From contig NW_026925088.1 in the NCBI RefSeq assembly GCF_032062105.1, positions 62,001 through 126,000 on the forward strand: DNA of 64,000 nt, in the 5' to 3' direction. The position numbers and the translations under genes were made by a program. The notes below the pieces were generated by a model. That model saw only the letters and a list, made by a program, of their open reading frames with translations. It made no database searches and had not been told where the DNA came from. This DNA comes from Saccostrea cucullata (Eukaryota). Shown piece by piece: positions 1 to 12,391 of the stretch (positions are counted from its first letter, which is position 1; each line of letters opens with the position of its first letter).

Positions 1-132
1 TACCTACATATTATCTCTCTAAATAGTCAAGAAAAATTCATTCAAAATTTTCAACCACTCTCAGGCTTTGACTCTGATTAAATATAAAAAAAAATAACTT
101 TGTTGACAATATTTTGTTTGACCCTGAAATTT

Positions 133-142
133 AACCGGAAGT
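133..142 (+). promoter_or_regulatory. ETS/GABP-type motif upstream of CCDC137
   Basis: AACCGGAAGT lies ~70 bp before the ATG; this motif is typical of housekeeping promoters. Confidence 0.4.
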
Positions 143-209
143 TTGACTGGCGCTGTAATCCCAAAACCAAATTCTCCGAAAACTCGCATGTCCACACAAA
201 ACTGTAAAA

Positions 210-3200
210 ATGGGAAAGCTTGGAAAATTACAAAAGAGCAGAAAACACAAAAAATTAAAGAATGTAGGTGCTGAATATGTCAATGAGTATAGGGGGTAAG
301 TTATTTCTTATTCTCATTCAGATACGGAAATAAACAGGATAATTTAGATAAAACTTGCAAAGGAATACTTATCAGCTCGAATTTCTTCAGCTATTGTAAA
401 GTATTGTTATGATTTTATACGTTAGAATTTTATGTTTTGATACCAACAAGTACATGTGATTTTTATAGGAAGCCTTCCAATTTAGCACCAACAAGTAGTG
501 AACAAGATGTACCCAAGAAAGTGAAAAACATCATGAAATATCAAGGAAAAACACCACGACAAATACAGAAAGAATATATTCAAAATAACAGCAAGAAAGG
601 TATATGATAGTATATGTCATGTTTCTTTATTTTTGAAGTGTAGATCAGTAAGTGATCAGTGTAGCAGTGTTTTCCTTAACTTGAGGCTTAAGAAACGGTT
701 ACTGGCCAAATTACCAAATACATGTATACCGATTTGAAATTTGAAACAGAGGTTTTCTTTCCATTAATCTACATTCATGTGTTTTCTGTCTCGTACACCA
801 TTTAGTGTAGCGTAATGGAGAGAAAAACTCTGGGTTCCGACTTTAGCATGCAGGTACATGTACTGCATTCCTTGCATGGAGAGTGTTCATGTCTAAGTAA
901 TGGTTGGACCCATTCTATCTAAGTGTTTTAGAGCTAATCGGAGCAAGATTCTTCAATACTAAAAATTTTGTAACAATGTCACCAATCTTAATCCTCCCAG
1001 TGTCATCTGGCATTACATGATAATACTTTGTCAGTATTAATGCATTTTGGATGCGTTTTGTCTTACTCTTGCTTCACCAAAAAAATGTCTTTGAGATTAA
1101 TTATATGTAAAACTCGTTTAGTATGAACACGGATATTGCGAATTTATGGATATAGCAAAGTCGTCTTGGATCCCGAGCTATATTAATTTAACGAATTCCT
1201 TATACGGATTTAATGAATTATGGGTATAAGTCCCAGTGACTTTGTTATAACGGAGTTTTACTGTACTTGTTTTATGTAGGAAAGAAACATGTTTACATGG
1301 AGCGGGGAATGACAAGACCTATGTCCGAGGCTCCAAAATTTGTACAAGGAAAGAGAGAAAAGAGTAAAGATTTCATGAAAAGGGTAGAAGTAGAGACAAG
1401 AAAAGTCCTACACCGACATCAACTGTCCCAGAAATTTAAGGTTAGTGTATGATTCAGAAATAGAATTTGTGGTCCTTGGGGTAAATCATGTCAACAAAGT
1501 CATTGATTGTCAACTCAGGGTGATCATGGATGTTTTGTGGTTCATTTCAAGAGAAGGTTTAAGGGTTCTTTTATAATATTGAAATAAAATGGGTACAATC
1601 GAGCCACTTTGATTAAAGTTATGAGTAAGACTTAGATGGCTAGAGTTATGCCCCTTGGACTTAGAAAAAAATCAATTATTTGCAGTTTTCGTTTATTTTC
1701 TTTGCAGCAATTGCATATCCTGAAATAAAATTCAGTATACAGATTTATCATAAAAATATCTAGGTCAAGTTCTGTTTTGGGTACGATTGAGCCATCTTTG
1801 ATAGAGTTATGTCCTTTGGACTTAAAAAAAATTCCAATTATGGGGGGAGGAGGCATAAGTATTGTACAAACATCTCTTTTTATCAATTTTGAAGTGTAGA
1901 AATGTTTTTTTTTTTCAATTATTTCTTTGATTAAATATACCATGGATTAATGTTATTTAGGCAAAACTATTTTAAATGAATAGGAATTGTAACTATAAAT
2001 TACATAATATTACACTGACATGTACAAGTGATTTACTTTGTTGTTTCAGATGGATATGGATGCCTTAGAAGCAGGAGAAATTAAACGGCACAAGAAAAAG
2101 ATGAGTGAAAAGCAGAAAGAGTAAATAAATTAAATAAAAAAATAACTTTTCATATGATTTCAAATTGAATTCCATGAAATTCAATTTTCTACATAATTTT
2201 GTTAAAGTCGTAAAGTACGAGAAAAAGAAAGTTGAAATTGATTATGATGTCATAATGGATCTAGAACCAAAAAATTAGTCAAAAGTCATTTACTAGTATT
2301 AAAACACCAATTACTGATATTGAAACATTGATGTATTTTCCTGATCTTGCTATATGACAGTACTTACTGACAATTATTTATACTCTGTAGGAGATTGCAA
2401 CAGAAAAAGCAGAAAAAGTCTGAAAAGAAGAGAAAGAATGTGAATGAATTTGATGACTTTGAAGGTAAATTGTGTAATGGAAATGAAACTTTATGTTATG
2501 TATGCTAGTCATTTCTTTTTGAGGTGCTCTTGCTGCTGAACTTAAGTTTAAGCATTAATTATTTTAATACTTAATTCAGACAGAGTAAAGTTTGGCGAGG
2601 TGGCCAATGAGCCCCCATCCCTTACAGCTCTACCCAGGAAAGCCATCAAGGAGGAATCTGTCCCCAGGGTAAGTCACCAAGGGGGGCCCAAACTCGAGGA
2701 TTTTATAGAAGACGCCTGTTTTGTCTGTTGTCTTAACATCTTCACAAATAGATTTTTCCCAGAATTTCTTATTCAATTTCACCTGCATTTGTCACAAAGA
2801 ATCCTTGGTGTTTGGGATTAAATTAAGGACCTCTAACCTTTTCTCAGTGGGATAGTAGAGAAATATTGAGAATAGGGTAGGGTATTTCAAAGTCTTTTCA
2901 ATAACCACTGATTCAGAAATTGTTCAACCCTATAGTCCCTGGTGTTAGAATCCATATATGAAAAACAGAACATGCAGCTACATGTATAGGTTAAATATAA
3001 TGCACTTTGGTGACCGTTTAGGTCCATCGGAAGCATGAAAGCTGAAAATACATGTAGTTTTGAAAAATAGGAATCATGAGAATTTCATGAATAAAAATGT
3101 ACATTTTTTATTCATTTATATAATATTTATTTCAGCCTGGGAAGAAATCATTACTTCTGAAGGAGATAATAGCAGATAATGCTTCTGTTACTCCATCTAG

Positions 3201-3348
3201 TGTGGGATCATCATCCAAGCGTGAAATTGGACAATCAATCAAGCGTAAACATATGTCACTGGCACAACAGAGTATTATGGACAGAGAAAGAGAGAATGCA
3301 ATAATGTTATATAGACAGCAAAGACAGAAAAAATTAAAAACCTTTTGA
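210..3348 (+). CDS. CCDC137: Coiled-coil domain-containing protein 137 (nucleolar), 7 coding exons, 274 aa
   Basis: Exons 210-295, 469-599, 1280-1440, 2050-2120, 2391-2464, 2580-2668, 3136-3348. All introns are GT-AG and phases join into one 825-nt ORF. The Lys-rich protein carries CCDC137-like motifs NLAP..EQDVP, DRVKFGEVANEPPSLTALPRK, PGKKSLLLK and SLAQQSIMDRERENAIMLYR. Confidence 0.9.
1105..1264. mobile_element. Short TIR element (Tc1/mariner-like MITE) in CCDC137 intron 2
   Basis: Imperfect terminal inverted repeats GTAAAACTCGTT ... AACGGAGTTTTACTGTA. Confidence 0.45.
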
Positions 3349-3408
3349 CACAATGTATTTTGATTTAATTGATCTTTAAAACAAAGCCATTTTTTTCAAA
3401 AATAAATA

Positions 3409-3610
3409 TTTTTAGCTCACCTGAACCAGAAGCTGAAGTGAGCTTTTCTGATTGAAGAGTATTTGGTGTCTATCTGTCTGTCTGTTTGTCATCTGCAAAA
3501 TTTTCACAACTAGAACATCCTAGCCAAATTCAACAAAACCTGCTGAAAGCATCCTTGTGTGAAAGGGTTCAAGTTTCTTCAAATGAAGGGCCACATCCAT
3601 TCTCAAGTTA
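3409..3610 (+). mobile_element. 5' fragment of pearl/HINE (non-autonomous Helentron) element
   Basis: TTTTTAGCTCACCTGA...AGTGAGCTTTTCTGAT plus (GTCT)n; same family as 48300-49360. Confidence 0.6.
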
Positions 3611-3924
3611 TTGAGCGGTTTGATTTACTTTATTATTCTATTAATTAAAAATCCCTCTGATTGTACACACAAGTGTTCTGAAGTTAACAGTAAGGATGCC
3701 AGTGTTCCCCATTGTCAACACACACGTATGTTGTCTTCAGAGACCAGATCTTCCAACAAAGACTGTGCTCCTTCATCAACTGACTTGTTTTATATTTCTA
3801 AAGCAAAATTTATTAAAAACGATATGAAGAAGAAGAAAATTGCTGTGGTCTTTATCTCAACATTTTTTGTCTCAATGTGTTTTCAAGTAACAATAGCTAG
3901 TTTCATCCATATGTTGACTTGATA

Positions 3925-4090
3925 TATCTCAGTGAACTTGAAATAAAGGACTCCACAGAATCTGTCATACGTGTATTTGTTTAATACATGTATTCCGATG
4001 TTTTACTGAATGTAGACGATAAAGGTCAAACTAACAACTAAATTGTTTGACAAACAAGATGACTTCAGTTTTTTCATCGTCAACTTTTAG
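3925..4090 (+). mobile_element. Penelope-like RT fragment
   Basis: Decayed ELEIKDSTES...LTTKLFDKQDDFSFFIVNF, matching the larger copies at 10.2-11.1 kb and 18.8-21.5 kb. Confidence 0.55.
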
Positions 4091-4353
4091 TTATGTAGTA
4101 ATATTTCTCTCTAAATAGTGTTCAAATACATTATTAAACATGCTCTTAACAAATACAAATTGATAATTTACTGACAAAAGCCATCCCCTCTCCAGTTCAA
4201 TTTCTTGCCACTTTGGTGATAAAATGTTTAAATACTTTATTATTTTTATATAATTATTATCAACCATATGCATTGGAAGATTGAAAGGGCGGGGTGTGGG
4301 TGGGTGGGGGATCTGCACAAGGTCGTTCACCTTCTTTTATCACGTGTAGACAA

Positions 4354-6494
4354 AAACTAAATATAGATTACTGTAATGTAAAGAACACTGATATACAAAA
4401 CCCGTACTTTTATTTTCAAGGGAAAAGTAAAAACCCAGAATTTGAAAAATCCGGATTTTATTATAAAATTTTACTTTCTAAAAAGAAACAAAAACCAATA
4501 ATGGAAACTAAATGGTCAAAAGAATTCAATAGAATGAATGGACAATGGAAAAATATCTATACAGCTAAGATACTAAATACTTCTGATAAACAGATAACAG
4601 AATTTAATTTTAAACTTTTACACAGCCAACTGAATTGTAATTTAATATCATGTTAATAAATGGAATAAAGAGGTGGCAAAAAATTGTACATCTTGCGGAC
4701 AAGTAGAATATATTAAACACTTAATTTTTGAATGTGCAGACTCAAAATGAGTATGGGAAAAAATATCTCAAGTATTGAATTTAAATCTATCCTAAAAACA
4801 TATTGTTGTAGGATTTTATAATGAGTTCAATAAGACAACAATGATTTTTAATAATGTCATATCAATTGTGGGATACAAAATATATAAATATAAAATGAAA
4901 TGTAGGTTGCAAAACGAAATAGTAAATGCAAATGCAATGTTAATTTTTTTGAAATCGTCTTTGTATCAGTATTTTTAATAGCAAAGAATGCAAAAAGTAT
5001 GGCAAGCCCTTTTACTATTTATTCGTGAAATAAAAATTTTCTCTCAACAAGAGAGATATCTCTCTAGCATATAGATATATCTCTTTAGCTTATAGAGATA
5101 TGACGAAAAGAGATATCTTATACCTTAGAGAGATATCTCTTTAAACAAAAGAGATATCTCTTTATGTGAGAGAGATATCTCTTTTACTTAGAGAGATATC
5201 TTTATAAGCTAGAGAGATATCTCTTTAAGCGAGAGAGATATCTCTTAAAGTTAGAGAGATATCTCTTATCGAGGTCAAAAAAGATATCTTTCTTAGTTAC
5301 AGAGATATCTGTAGATTTTCAGAAAGAGATATCTTTATAAGCTAAAGAGATATATCTTTTTCCAGTGATGCTTAAAATGGAATAATTAATTCTCCACTTT
5401 AAAACAAAAGTGAAACAGGAAGTAAAGTCTCTGGAATAGTTTCGATGTTATAAGAAAAAAGACTGAGCAATTAGCAATTACCCAGAATAATACATGTACT
5501 GTAGACAAAAATGCTATAAATCCTTTACTTGAAACAAAAAATAATAATGGTAACTTCGTTGATAAAAATGCTTAAAGTTTAATATTCAGGAAAACGAAAG
5601 CATACATGTATATATAATCTCAAATGCAATGGACCGAATTTTCTCAGCTTATGAAATAATCAACTATTTCTAATTTGAGTATCCGTCAATATACTTCCGG
5701 TAAGGGAGAAGTCATTTTGGAAACATGAAGAGAGATATCTCTTTTTGAGAATAGACACGTTTAAAAGATATCTTTTCACTTTAAGAGATATCTCTTAAGA
5801 TAAATGAAAGATATCTCTTTTACTTAAAATAAAGATATCTCTTTCTCCAAAAGTAAAAGAGATATTGTGAAAGAGATATCTCTTTAACGTTTAAATCTCT
5901 TTTACGTAAGAGATATCTCTAAAGGAGAAAGAGATATCTTTACAAGTGGAAGAAATATCTCTCTAATAAAAAGAGATATCTCTCTAAGTATAAGAGATAT
6001 CTCTCCAAGTTTAACAGATATCTCTTTCTCATAGAGATATCTCTTTAAAATGAGAGATATCTAGGTATCTTATTTTTTAAGAGATATCTCCCTAAAATGA
6101 GAGATATCTCTGTAATTTTAAGATAAATTTTATTTTCCGAATAAATAGTAAAAGGGCTTGCCATAAAAAAGTGTTAAATCCAATTACCATCTTTTAAAAA
6201 AAGTTAGCAGATGAACTATAATTCTTTTCTATATATGTTGTAATTAAATAGATATTATATCTATATATTTATTTGATATAAAATGTTTTTCAATGAAATA
6301 TTTATGTCTATTTGTGAAAATGAAATTTTAGTAATGATAAATAACCATGTGTAAATTTTTGTAAATTGAATATTGACAAATATACCGATCCAGGGAGCTC
6401 CTGGCACCCCAGGTGAGGTATTAACCGAGGGCCTCTGAGAAAGTCTTGACTCAAACTTTGTTGTTTGTTATTGGAAATAAATGTATTTAAAAAA
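4354..6494 (+). mobile_element. 5'-truncated L1/Tx1-clade LINE (ORF2 C-terminus + 3'UTR + A tail)
   Basis: Decayed C-terminal zinc-knuckle region (FNFKLLH...NCTSCGQVEYIKHLIFEC...VW), AATAAA and A-tail at ~6476-6494, and a 15-bp TSD ATCACGTGTAGACAA at 4339-4353 and 6495-6509. Interrupted by the element at 4998-6165. Confidence 0.8.
4998..6165. mobile_element. Non-autonomous TIR DNA element with TATGGC termini, 6-bp TSD and internal GAGATATCTC palindrome arrays
   Basis: 28-bp perfect TIR TATGGCAAGCCCTTTTACTATTTATTCG / CGAATAAATAGTAAAAGGGCTTGCCATA; AAAAAG duplicated at 4992-4997 and 6166-6171. Confidence 0.85.
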
Positions 6495-7174
6495 ATCACG
6501 TGTAGACAATTTGACAAACAATAATACAGGAGGAACAATTAATGTTATATCAAAGATTTTGTTTATACACATATAAATGCAAATTCTATTTTCAAGATTA
6601 AACTAATAAATACTATATAAAACTATTTTTGAACATTAATTTTTATTTATTAAATATCAGTATAAGTAATGTTGCAATGCAATAAGATAATCCAGTATCT
6701 TCCCACAGATGAAAAATACTCTTTTATTAATATCTCATCATATGTGTCACTCAAAGACTTTTCATATCTTTGTCAATATACATGTATATGTATATTTAAG
6801 CATCTTCATTTTTAACATGTTTAATCACAAGTTAAACAAGAATCCTCAAATAAATACATATACTGAGTATTTGGGAAATTGAGGTAGCATATCTGATTAA
6901 TAAAAGAGAAACGCTTGACTCATTTTAAAAGAGGGATTTTCAAAACTTCATAAATATTTATCAATTGCATGATTTCAAAATACCTGTGAATTAGATAACC
7001 AAAGAAAATGTTCTCCCATTATAATCATTATTTTATTGAATTTGGTACATAAATAAAAGAGGGAGGGAAAACCTGCATTCTTCCTATTGAAAGGGAATTA
7101 AAATGATTGGATAAAGAGTACCGCTTTATTAAAGCATAGAAAATGCACTCAAATATCACCATGAGAATAACGCA

Positions 7175-8532
7175 CTATTTATTCAGTGTTACATTGTCAT
7201 ATTCTTCTTTGGAGATTTGTCTGAAGGCTTTTCTTCGGTTGTCCTGTCTACTGGTGTCTTTCAGGGGTTTCCCCGGCTTTGCCCCACGCTTATCTTTTAC
7301 GTCACTGTTCCTGTTTACCTCAACTACTTTAACATAATCTGAACGTTGACCCTGCTTTAATGTCCCACAACACGTCCCTAGTTCTTCTGAAGAAGTTGAT
7401 TCTTGTGACGAACCATTGTTTTGCTCCCCATCGCACTGGTTGTAATTTGTATGTTTTTGTCTAAATTTAGCTTTCAAATGTCTACAGTAACATGTAAACG
7501 ACCTCCAGTAAACCTTCTCTAATTCTTCTGAAAGGCTAAGGTGGCCTTGTTTGAGTGATTCCACCATACATTCATATAATGAAGGGTTGGTCCTCAAAGC
7601 ATCACAAAATTTCACCCATTGTTTCGTACAATCTTCACAGCTCAGAATACTTTCAGCAATTGTTGCTTCTATTAGCTTTTTCTGGTAGAAAGTGTCTATG
7701 ATTTCATACACTTTCACATTAATTTTTATTCTGCACACAACACATTTCAATTTGACATCGTCGATATAACCTTCCTGTACTTTAACACTGTAAGCATCAC
7801 GTAAACGTTTTGCAAGAAGTGGATATGCTTCTTCAAGAGAATTGATAAAATGCCTGAAACTTTGTACATCGCGATTTTGTAACCTAAACAAGAGAGCACG
7901 CGATTGGCTACTTCGATTATCCTCCCCCGCGCTGGAGCTCGTGTCGCGTATTGCCTCAGCTTCGCTGGACAGAAAAACTTTAGTTTCAACTAAATAGTCC
8001 AAGACATTCGTAGTGCGTAAATCAATGTCCATTAGAGCTTTATGTTCCTCTTTTAATACGTCTTTATGAACATCAATGTCAAGTGATGGTAGAACTATGT
8101 AAAAAAAAAAAAAAAAAAAAAGAAATATTATTTGCATGAAAAACACATCGTGAATATTAAATAGCTATAATTTTTTTCATAACTTCAAAGAAATTTTATC
8201 ATCTTGCAGGATAAGCAGAATTGTACTTACGATCTGATAGAATAGACGTCCACGATCCTCCACTGCTACAGGAGGACACCGTGTTCGAAAGATCAGGATG
8301 TCGCGAGAACTTGTTTGTAGATATTGTATGAAGCCGAATTTCACTTTGGAGATCGCTTACTTGGACTTGGAGTTCTTGAAGTTTAAGTAAAACTTGATTG
8401 AGGGTGTTTTCCGACTGTGACAAATTGAAAGGAGAAGAAAACCTCAATTTTTAATTTTTGATATTTTTTCTATTAAAATACGTATGGAAATTAAAAATAA
8501 ATTAATGTTACCTCTACATCTTTGGTTCCCAT
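7175..8532 (-). CDS. CARD-domain protein A: coiled-coil + CARD + Cys-bracketed CARD-like domain + basic tail (~374 aa)
   Basis: Exons 8532-8512 (MGTKDVE, in-frame TAA directly before the ATG), 8414-8231 and 8094-7175, with GT-AG introns in phases 0 and 1. CARD pattern VLKEEHKALMDIDLRTTNVLDYLVETKVFLSSEAEAI...SQSRALLFRLQNRDVQSFRHFINSLEEAYPLLAKRL. The ORF-track N-terminus (MFFMQIIF...) is intron polypyrimidine tract. The first exon is less certain. Confidence 0.8.
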
Positions 8533-8907
8533 TTAAAATGCTCACATAGACATGTACACTGTGGTAACATTTGATTCTGCAAGGGTGACGACGTCTTCCT
8601 AAATGTAAAACAGGATGTTTACAGGTGTGTTTTCCCATCTGTTTTCGATTTTACGGAGGGAGATACCGTGGGTATTTTAAATCAGCGTGACAGTGCACAT
8701 AAAATCAGGGACACCTAGCTCTTGTAACACCAAATTTTCCATATCTTTATTTTAGAGCAAATATGCAGAAGTATTATTAAGTGCAACGAAATTATCAAAC
8801 CTGATAGTAAGTAATAAAGGCCATAAATGACATTATACTATAAATCTAGAGTCGGGTTAATAAAACATCTTGTCGTTAGACTCTCTTGACCGATAAAGTG
8901 GTTTATA

Positions 8908-9100
8908 TACCGTATACATATTGCGGATTTCTTGGCGGATGTAAAATTTGGCGTTGCCTATGCTAATAATTTTTGCGTAAATTTAGCGGATTTTTGCATA
9001 TGAACACTAAGAGTAATGAATATTTTAGTGATCAGCGGGCTACCATTAAAACGCCAAAATAAGCGAAAATTAGCACCCCGCTAAAATAAGTCGCTATGCA
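8908..9100. mobile_element. Degenerate MITE-like remnant
   Basis: TACCGTATA..GCGG / CCGCTAAAAT..CGCTATGCAG ends with internal TTTGGCG/CGCCAAA inverted motifs. Confidence 0.35.
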
Positions 9101-10189
9101 GAAAAAAATCATTGTGACTTGTGCAAAAACGTCTGGTTGATCCTTCAACTTTGAAGTTCAAATGCGGCATCCGAATCATGTTATATTTCCCAATCATAAT
9201 AAGGAGCACAGCGCGTGTGACCGTTCGACAGGAGATGCTCACTCCTCCATGGCACCTGATCCCACCTCTGATGATTCATAGTTTATTTCGTTTATTTTTT
9301 CCCATAAAGGTTCTGCATTAAACGCAACGATGTTATGTCACATTCATTAATATCAGTGCATTTCAGTATGTGAGGGGAAACTTTGTTAGCATTCCACTGA
9401 AAACTTGCAAACAAGGAAGACTTTTAAAGCTATAAATCAGTTTTTATATCTTTTAAATCTGAAATAAGACACTGTAATGTTTTTGTGATATTTATTCTGC
9501 ACTGAATAACATTAGAGATGTGTTATCCATATTTATTAAGAGACAACAAACAGAAATAAAGCTCAAACCTTTAAATTCTTACTTCTATTGCTCCAAAATT
9601 AAAATGATCTTGATGCTGAACGTGATGTTCTTGCTTAATATATTTAACATTACACAGAATCTCGAGAAAAGTTTTAAAAATCTGAAAAAACCTTTAACAT
9701 GTAAAATGAAATATAAAGGACATACAGAGTAGGCAGGCAACGGGAAATCGTATTGCACAATTAGTTGTAGATTCATTTTAATCAGACACCCTCGATCAAA
9801 TTGGGCTAGAATCAGGGGAAGATTTTACGAAATGTGCGTTCACTATAACAGGGGAAACTGGACATGTTATAGTGATACTGAATCTTTACCCTAATAATTC
9901 ACTTTTGATTGTTTGAATATATGTGAAGTCTGCAAGGATTAAGATGGAACCACAATTTAGGGTCATGTTTTTTATTTGAATAAAAGCGTGACACTCTTTT
10001 AAAATCTGATGAAAATGAAACAACAACAACGGCATTGTTGCCACAAGTATCATCTACGAGAACGTTGAGGTCCATGAGCCTCTTGTTACCTTTGCTTCGC
10101 TTTCAAATATTGAGCAAATGCATAAGATTTTCCTCTGGTGTTTTCATCAAATCATTATGACAAATCTAGAAATTCACAAATTAAACAAT

Positions 10190-11100
10190 ACAAAATTTGA
10201 GTAGAGCAAACACGGTACTTCAAAATATCAGAAGTGGGATCAGGTGCCATTTGGGAGTGAGCATATCCCCTGCCCATCGGTCACACCCGCCGTGTGCTCC
10301 TTGGCATGATCGGGAAATATCGGAAAATTCGTCGACAATTCAGTGTGTAAAATAATGTCCTAACAATTAGTATGAAAAACGTCAGTCAGCATTTGACTCA
10401 ATGATAAATTGTATTTGCTAACAAGATCATTACTAGTATATCGACCAAAGAACTTACTAAAATGATGACTTTAAACGAGACTGCTGATATTCTTGTTTCA
10501 GCAACCTGTTTGTCATTAATTTACCTCGTTTTAGAAAGTGTTCATACGTAGAGCATGCTCTTGCGTATCGAATCAACTGAGAGAAGTTAACGTCATCACG
10601 TTTATCATAAAGCATGGTTGTTAGATTACAATTAATTTTGTCTCTTTCAAGTAAAATATCTAAATATGAAACAGATGTGTCAGACTCTGTGGTATCTTTT
10701 ATTTCAAGCTCACTGCGATACATGGCGATATATCGTATCAACATAAGAATGGAAATAACCATTCTAGATTGACAATCGTCGATATACATGTATCTGCATG
10801 TAAATGTCAAGCTGAAGGCGACAGCAAGTGGTTCTTCTTTTCACGTATAAGATTTTGGACAAATAATAACAGGGTGGAATTGGTACCCATGGGAATTCCA
10901 ATAGATTGTAGGAAAACCTGGTCTATAATAACCACATAGATATTGTCAATCAAAAACTCAAACACATGTTAATGTCAACTTCAGAGAACTTGTGTCTACA
11001 ATCAGAATGGTTTTAACAAGATAATTTTGCTAATGACCAATGATAAGGTAAGTAAATTTACGAGTTCCATTTTTATTGAAAAAACAGTTTGTCAATGATA
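10190..11100 (-). mobile_element. Penelope-like retroelement fragment (RT C-terminal half + 3' end; Naiad-like motifs)
   Basis: GIPMGTN, YIDD, SYLDILL, LYDKRDD and SQLIRYARACS motifs with frameshifts; conserved 3' module GGCGGGTGTGACCG...GGCACCTGATCCCAC. Confidence 0.8.
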
Positions 11101-12391
11101 TAAAAAAAAAAAATTGTGGGGAATAAAGTGAAAAGTGGTAAGTTTTATGTTATTAATTTTGGTAAAATTTTGTGAGTTCGAATTTTCAAATAGTTCCTTG
11201 GAATTTCTAAGTATCAACATCTGATTTACTGCGTAAGCTCAATGCATGCTGATTTAGCCTCTTTCCCTGGCCATCCCATAAGAGAAACGGGTAAATGGTG
11301 GGGTTTTTTTCCAATGCAGACTAATGTCTGTACCTATTATATTTGTTAAAAAATTATTTTAAAATTTTCTGATATTTAATGACAAGACTTTCAAATATCC
11401 CTTTGACGTAGAGTTACTTTTATATCGGTTTGTCATCGTATACTACTGAGTTAAAGTTAGATTTAAAACAATGTAACCAATATTGATAAAGATCTTAATT
11501 AATAAGTAAACATGTTTACAAGTATGTTAAACTTGGGCGGAAATTAGGATCTATTTTTATGATATAAATAATATATTGGAAGTTTCTGCTTTCGAATAAA
11601 TTATAATCTTGCACACGACCATTGACTTACATTAATAAATACTTTTGACAACTTTTAAAATTCTTTTTAAAAATGACAATTGATTATTTAGAGAATTATT
11701 TGAATTATTTGCTTAGTATAATTTGTAACCAATTACTAAAACATTTCATAACGTAACTGAAATAAAAATTTTATAAAAATCTTAAATTAAGGAACAACAA
11801 CGTTAACTCGCAACAAGTTTATAAGGAACCGGACTTCCATGTACGACATGTAAAAGATGTTCAAACAAGTTAAGTTGTAAGCCAACAAAGCTGTCACCAC
11901 TCAATGAAATGTACATTTATTTTAAAAACATTTTAATGAAATCGTCACGTGAATTATGCGTCAAGTATCGTATAAATACACAATTTTTAAAAAGAATTAC
12001 TTTTTTTTCATATGCAGAGATAAGAACTTTGTAAAAATAACAGAACAAACTACATGTAAATCCAAGGCAATTTATACGTTTGAAGAAATACACAGATGTT
12101 GAGTAAAAAGGGTAATGTAACCGTCTTCCAGCTTCTGTTGCAATAGAAGCATATGTAAGGGTTCGTATAAATACAGCAAACTTGCTTGGTATCATATTTT
12201 TTATGACCCCTTTAAGCTTATGGTATTTATTTGTATGTTGTAATATCCCCTCGCCCATTGATATGTTAATAATCATATGATCATGATGGGGAACATCTCA
12301 TTGACTTTCTGTTTGAAAATTTTCATCCTTCATCAAAAACTGTCTTTATGGGTGTTTGTTTCTTTATTGCTCATTCGGTTATCTTCAATGT

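Noticed and set aside
8095-8146. Hydrophobic N-terminus MFFMQIIFLFFFFFFY as signal peptide/TM of CARD-A
   Set aside because: It is the poly-T acceptor tract of the 8230-8095 intron.
11917-12276. 119-aa ORF downstream of CARD-B and numerous other 60-120-aa AT-rich ORFs
   Set aside because: Composition is typical of non-coding AT-rich DNA (F/I/L/K/Y-rich), with no splice or domain support.
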